DNA of 63,944 nt, the filler included, from Craspedostauros australis (taxonomy: Eukaryota), in the NCBI GenBank assembly GCA_030167865.1. It is 8 parts of 8 records of this genome, joined end to end, with 100 filler letters (N's around TTAATTAATTAA, not from the genome) between each part and the next. Parts side by side here need not be neighbours in the genome. Positions count along the whole stretch, not along the records: positions 60,913 to 62,409 come from JALAGF010004306.1; positions 62,510 to 63,944 come from JALAGF010004356.1; 6 more parts are not named here. The stretch is one strand, 5' to 3'. This document shows, one piece after another, positions 60,913-63,944 of the stretch. The notes under the pieces are model-generated. The model was not told the DNA's origin, searched no databases, and worked only from the letters and a program-made list of their open reading frames with translations. Made by a program: the position numbers and the translations under genes. How positions within the stretch are numbered: the first letter of the stretch is position 1; the number at the start of each line of letters is the position of its first letter.

Positions 60913-61835
60913 ATGTTCGACGGAGAAGTCGATGGTCGCAGGGAGGAAGTCGGATCGTTGGATGGGGCTGCGGACTCTGTCGGTGCTATCGAAATGGATG
61001 GAGCCAACGTCGTTGGCTGTCCGCTAGGCACGGCACTCTCAAGTACAGACGGCGTTTGAGTGGGAGCCGAAGTTGGCGTTGAAGCTAGCGTTGCGGTAGG
61101 CGTCGAGGTTGGCGCCATGTTCATATCCATGCCCTTGAGGCTCTTTGGAGACTTCGTGCTCTTTAGAGATTTCTCGCTCTTGCTTGATTTGGAAGTCTCA
61201 GGATCCAGGAGTGCCCCGTTCAGGCCCTTTGGCCCCTTCGGCACCTTCGGCGATTTGATACTCTTGCTGGTTTTTACAGAACTTGTTCCCATCCCTTCAG
61301 AGGCCATGGCAACAGAACCGACACCCCCAACGACGATCGCGTTGGATTCTGTTGTCGTCGTGCCAATCGCATTTGAATTGACTCCGCTCGATTTGACGTC
61401 CTTGCTGATCTTGCTCTTCTTGCTGCTCTGAGGCTCATCCTTTCTTTGGATTGGTATGGTGACCGGATCGGGCGAGTCAGCGGAAGCGGGATCTTCCGAC
61501 TTGGATGACTTGGAGCTGTCTGTGTTCGACTTTGAAGCTGTCGACTTGTCATTGCTCTTGCTTTCGTCTGACTTGGCGAATCTTCGCCCACTGTGCCGTG
61601 TCGGTTCGGCAACGTGCAGCTGCCTCTTCTTGCGGTCGCCGGCAGAGAAGAGTTGGCGCATCCTGTTTGATTTTTCATAGTTTTCGATTCTACTGCTTCT
61701 GCTGTTGCTGGTGATGTGCCCGAATGCATCAATGGTGAACTCATCATCGAGAGCCTGGGTCGTCGTGGCGAGGTGAGCCACAAGAACGGCGTTGAGGACC
61801 CTGGCCCCTGTGCGAGAATTGGCGGACGTCTTCAT
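60913..61835 (-). CDS. Silaffin-like secreted KxxK/Ser-rich protein with a PT/PS tail, 3'-truncated
   Basis: N-terminal hydrophobic stretch ending TQA-L; two RQL motifs; runs such as KTSKSIKSPKVPKGPKG and KSSKSEKSLKSTKSPKSLKG; then APTSTPT...APS repeats. Confidence 0.8.
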
Positions 61836-62409
61836 GGCGGGCGATGGTGCAAGCGACAGTGGTTATGATTGTGCTTGTGATTGTGCTTGTGATTGTGATT
61901 ATGAATGTGATTGTGAAAGGCGACGCAAAATATGAAAGTGATGATGCTGTCGGTGGTGATTTACATACGAGTACGAAGATAATCGATGTGACGCTGTGTG
62001 GGGCATCGCGTCTTGCGCTGCGGATGGGCGTGTGACTTTGTGACCTCAGAAAGAGGTGGAGGTGCGCAGTGGAGACAAGAACATGATTTCGATTCAACGG
62101 CCTTGTTTTTGTGTTGTGAAATGCACCTCACAATTTGGTTGGTTCGTGTCGCATGTGACGTCGCATTGGACTGGTTTGCACAAAAATGGTGGTGCCTTCG
62201 TGTTGTTCTCGTGTCCGTCCGGGAACTTGCACGATTGATCGCGAGCTGGCAGAGCACAACCCAACGCACGAACCTCCCACAAAATCTGCGGAGCAACGAC
62301 AACTCCGACCAACACGACAACGAGTTGAACAGCTGCAACCAAACCTCCTCCTCCATCCAGATTCCATTTCTCTTCCGAGAGCTAGAGAGAGAGAAGATGT
62401 GGTCACAAG

Positions 62410-62509
62410 NNNNNNNNNNNNNNNNNNNNNNNNNNNNNNNNNNNNNNNNNNNNTTAATTAATTAANNNNNNNNNNNNNNNNNNNNNNNNNNNNNNNNNNN
62501 NNNNNNNNN
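62410..62509. other. Artificial contig linker
   Basis: N44-TTAATTAATTAA-N44. Confidence 0.98.
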
Positions 62510-62763
62510 TGCATCCATGCCTGCATGCATCAACGCTTCAATCGATCCTTCAATCGACGAACCATTCATTCACACGCTTCAACCGTTGCCCGGTTCCATC
62601 GCTTGATTCCGTCGCCTCTCGCATCGGCGCCCACTATCAATCCCTGTGTCCTCATGATCGACATAATCGACACGATCGACCGGTCCATTGCACGCGGTCT
62701 ACTTCCCAATGCACCATGCGACACTCAATCCTCTATGCTGCTGCTGGTATTGCTGCTGCCGCC

Positions 62764-62811
62764 GCATGGTCTATGACGCATGGTCTATGACGCATGGTCT
62801 ATGACGCATGG
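62764..62811 (+). repeat. 14-bp tandem repeat GCATGGTCTATGAC (~3.5 units), probably intronic
   Basis: Directly visible; lies in ATGC-rich sequence upstream of the 62976 acceptor. Confidence 0.85.
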
Positions 62812-62976
62812 TCGATGATCTATTGTATGATCATCCATTGTCCACTATCAATACTCACCATGAATATATTCTACAATGCACATACATACATCTGTATATG
62901 TAATGCACATGCACATATATACACATCTGCACACGTAATGCAAATACAATGCACACTGCACACTGCACCAACACAG

Positions 62977-63944
62977 TCCGCCGCACGCGAATCCGCAACC
63001 ATGATGATGATGTTGATGACGAAAACTTCGCCTTCCGCCAGCGCATCCTCAAGGCGGAGAAGGCCAACAAGGGCGATAACGTGGATTCGGATGACACTGC
63101 AACGCCGACCGCGATTCCGACATCGATGCCGACATCGATGCCAACATCCGCACCGACGGAGACCATGGTGGACCTGGAGGCTCGTCTCTCACAGCTTCAG
63201 GGCGATCTCACCCAGTGTCTCACGGATCTCGCCGCGCTGCTGAGCCAAGCTGCCGGAAGCGGCACGGCCGTCACGTTGACGCCAACGGTTGACGGTGTCA
63301 CCTTCGCCGACGACATCAACGGACAGATCGCGGAGGTCAGTGTGGAGCTGGAGTACTGCTTGCAGGAGAAGGCGCGCATCATGGCCATCCTCGGACGAAC
63401 CGAGATACCAACATCATCTCCGACATCGGCACCGACCGATATGCCGACATCAGCTCCGACATCGGCGCCTACATCGGCACCGACTGCGCAGCCAAACAGC
63501 AATCCGACATCGGCACCGACTTCCGCACCAACATCAGCACCGACGTCGGCACCGACTGCGCGGCCAAACAGCAATCCGACATCCGCGCCTACAGCGGCTC
63601 CGACTGCGCAACCGACTTCCGCACCCACATCGGCACCGACTTCAGCCCCGACATCAGCCCCGACTTCAGCCCCGACATCGGCACCTACGTCGGCCCCGAC
63701 TGCGCGGCCAAACGGCAATCCGACTTCCGCACCGACATCGGCTCCGACTTCGGCACCGACTTCAGCCCCGACATCCGCACCGACATCGGCTCCGACATCG
63801 GCACCGACATCCGCGCCGACGGAGACCATGGTGGACCTGGAGGCTCGTCTATCACAGCTCCAGGGCGATCTCACCCAGTGTCTCACGGATCTCGCCGTGG
63901 CGCTAAGCCAAGCTGCCCAAAGCGGCACGGCCGTCACGTTGACG
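62977..63944 (+). CDS. Internal exon of a modular mucin-like extracellular protein (PTSA repeats plus a repeated helical Cys domain), partial
   Basis: After the ACACAG acceptor the frame is open to the window end: ...RQRILKAEKANKG...PTSMPTSAPT-ETMVDLEARLSQLQGDLTQCLTDL...ELEYCLQEKARIMAILG-(PTSA)n-ETMVDLEARLSQLQGDLTQCLTDL. The direct repeat offset is 663 nt. Confidence 0.85.

Noticed and set aside
63197..63937. Minus-strand (VGAD/VGAE)n ORF and + strand RHRH ORF
   Set aside because: Antisense and off-frame shadows of the PTSA-repeat exon.

Overview
This is eukaryotic DNA, almost certainly from a pennate diatom. Evidence: GT-AG introns, bipartite signal+'F' plastid presequences, diatom-type LRR proteins, a guanylate cyclase-PDE fusion, DUF6824-type proteins and KxxK/RXL secreted proteins. 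The window is 8 contig pieces joined by 100-nt N44-TTAATTAATTAA-N44 linkers, so adjacency across linkers is unproven. Two ~5.2 kb blocks recur as apparently identical reverse complements on neighbouring pieces (9270-14503 vs 27350-32583; 34652-39852 vs 52048-57248); these are probably assembly overlaps. Recognisable genes: a membrane LRR protein with two decayed tandem paralogs, a VOC/glyoxalase protein, a 6-exon receptor GC-PDE, a cyclophilin, RPS10, a CCR4-like EEP hydrolase, a TcmP-like methyltransferase, a plastid-targeted hypothetical protein, a 1709-aa low-complexity protein, three CRAL-TRIO-like/DUF6824 paralogs plus a pseudogene around a plastid-type ATP-PFK, and four secreted or probably secreted cell-wall-like proteins at the end. 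The best leads are a silaffin-like RXL/KxxK protein, a modular PTSA protein with a repeated Cys-containing helical domain that is missing from the ORF track, and the DUF6824 cluster. All family assignments come from recognising motifs by eye; no searches were run.
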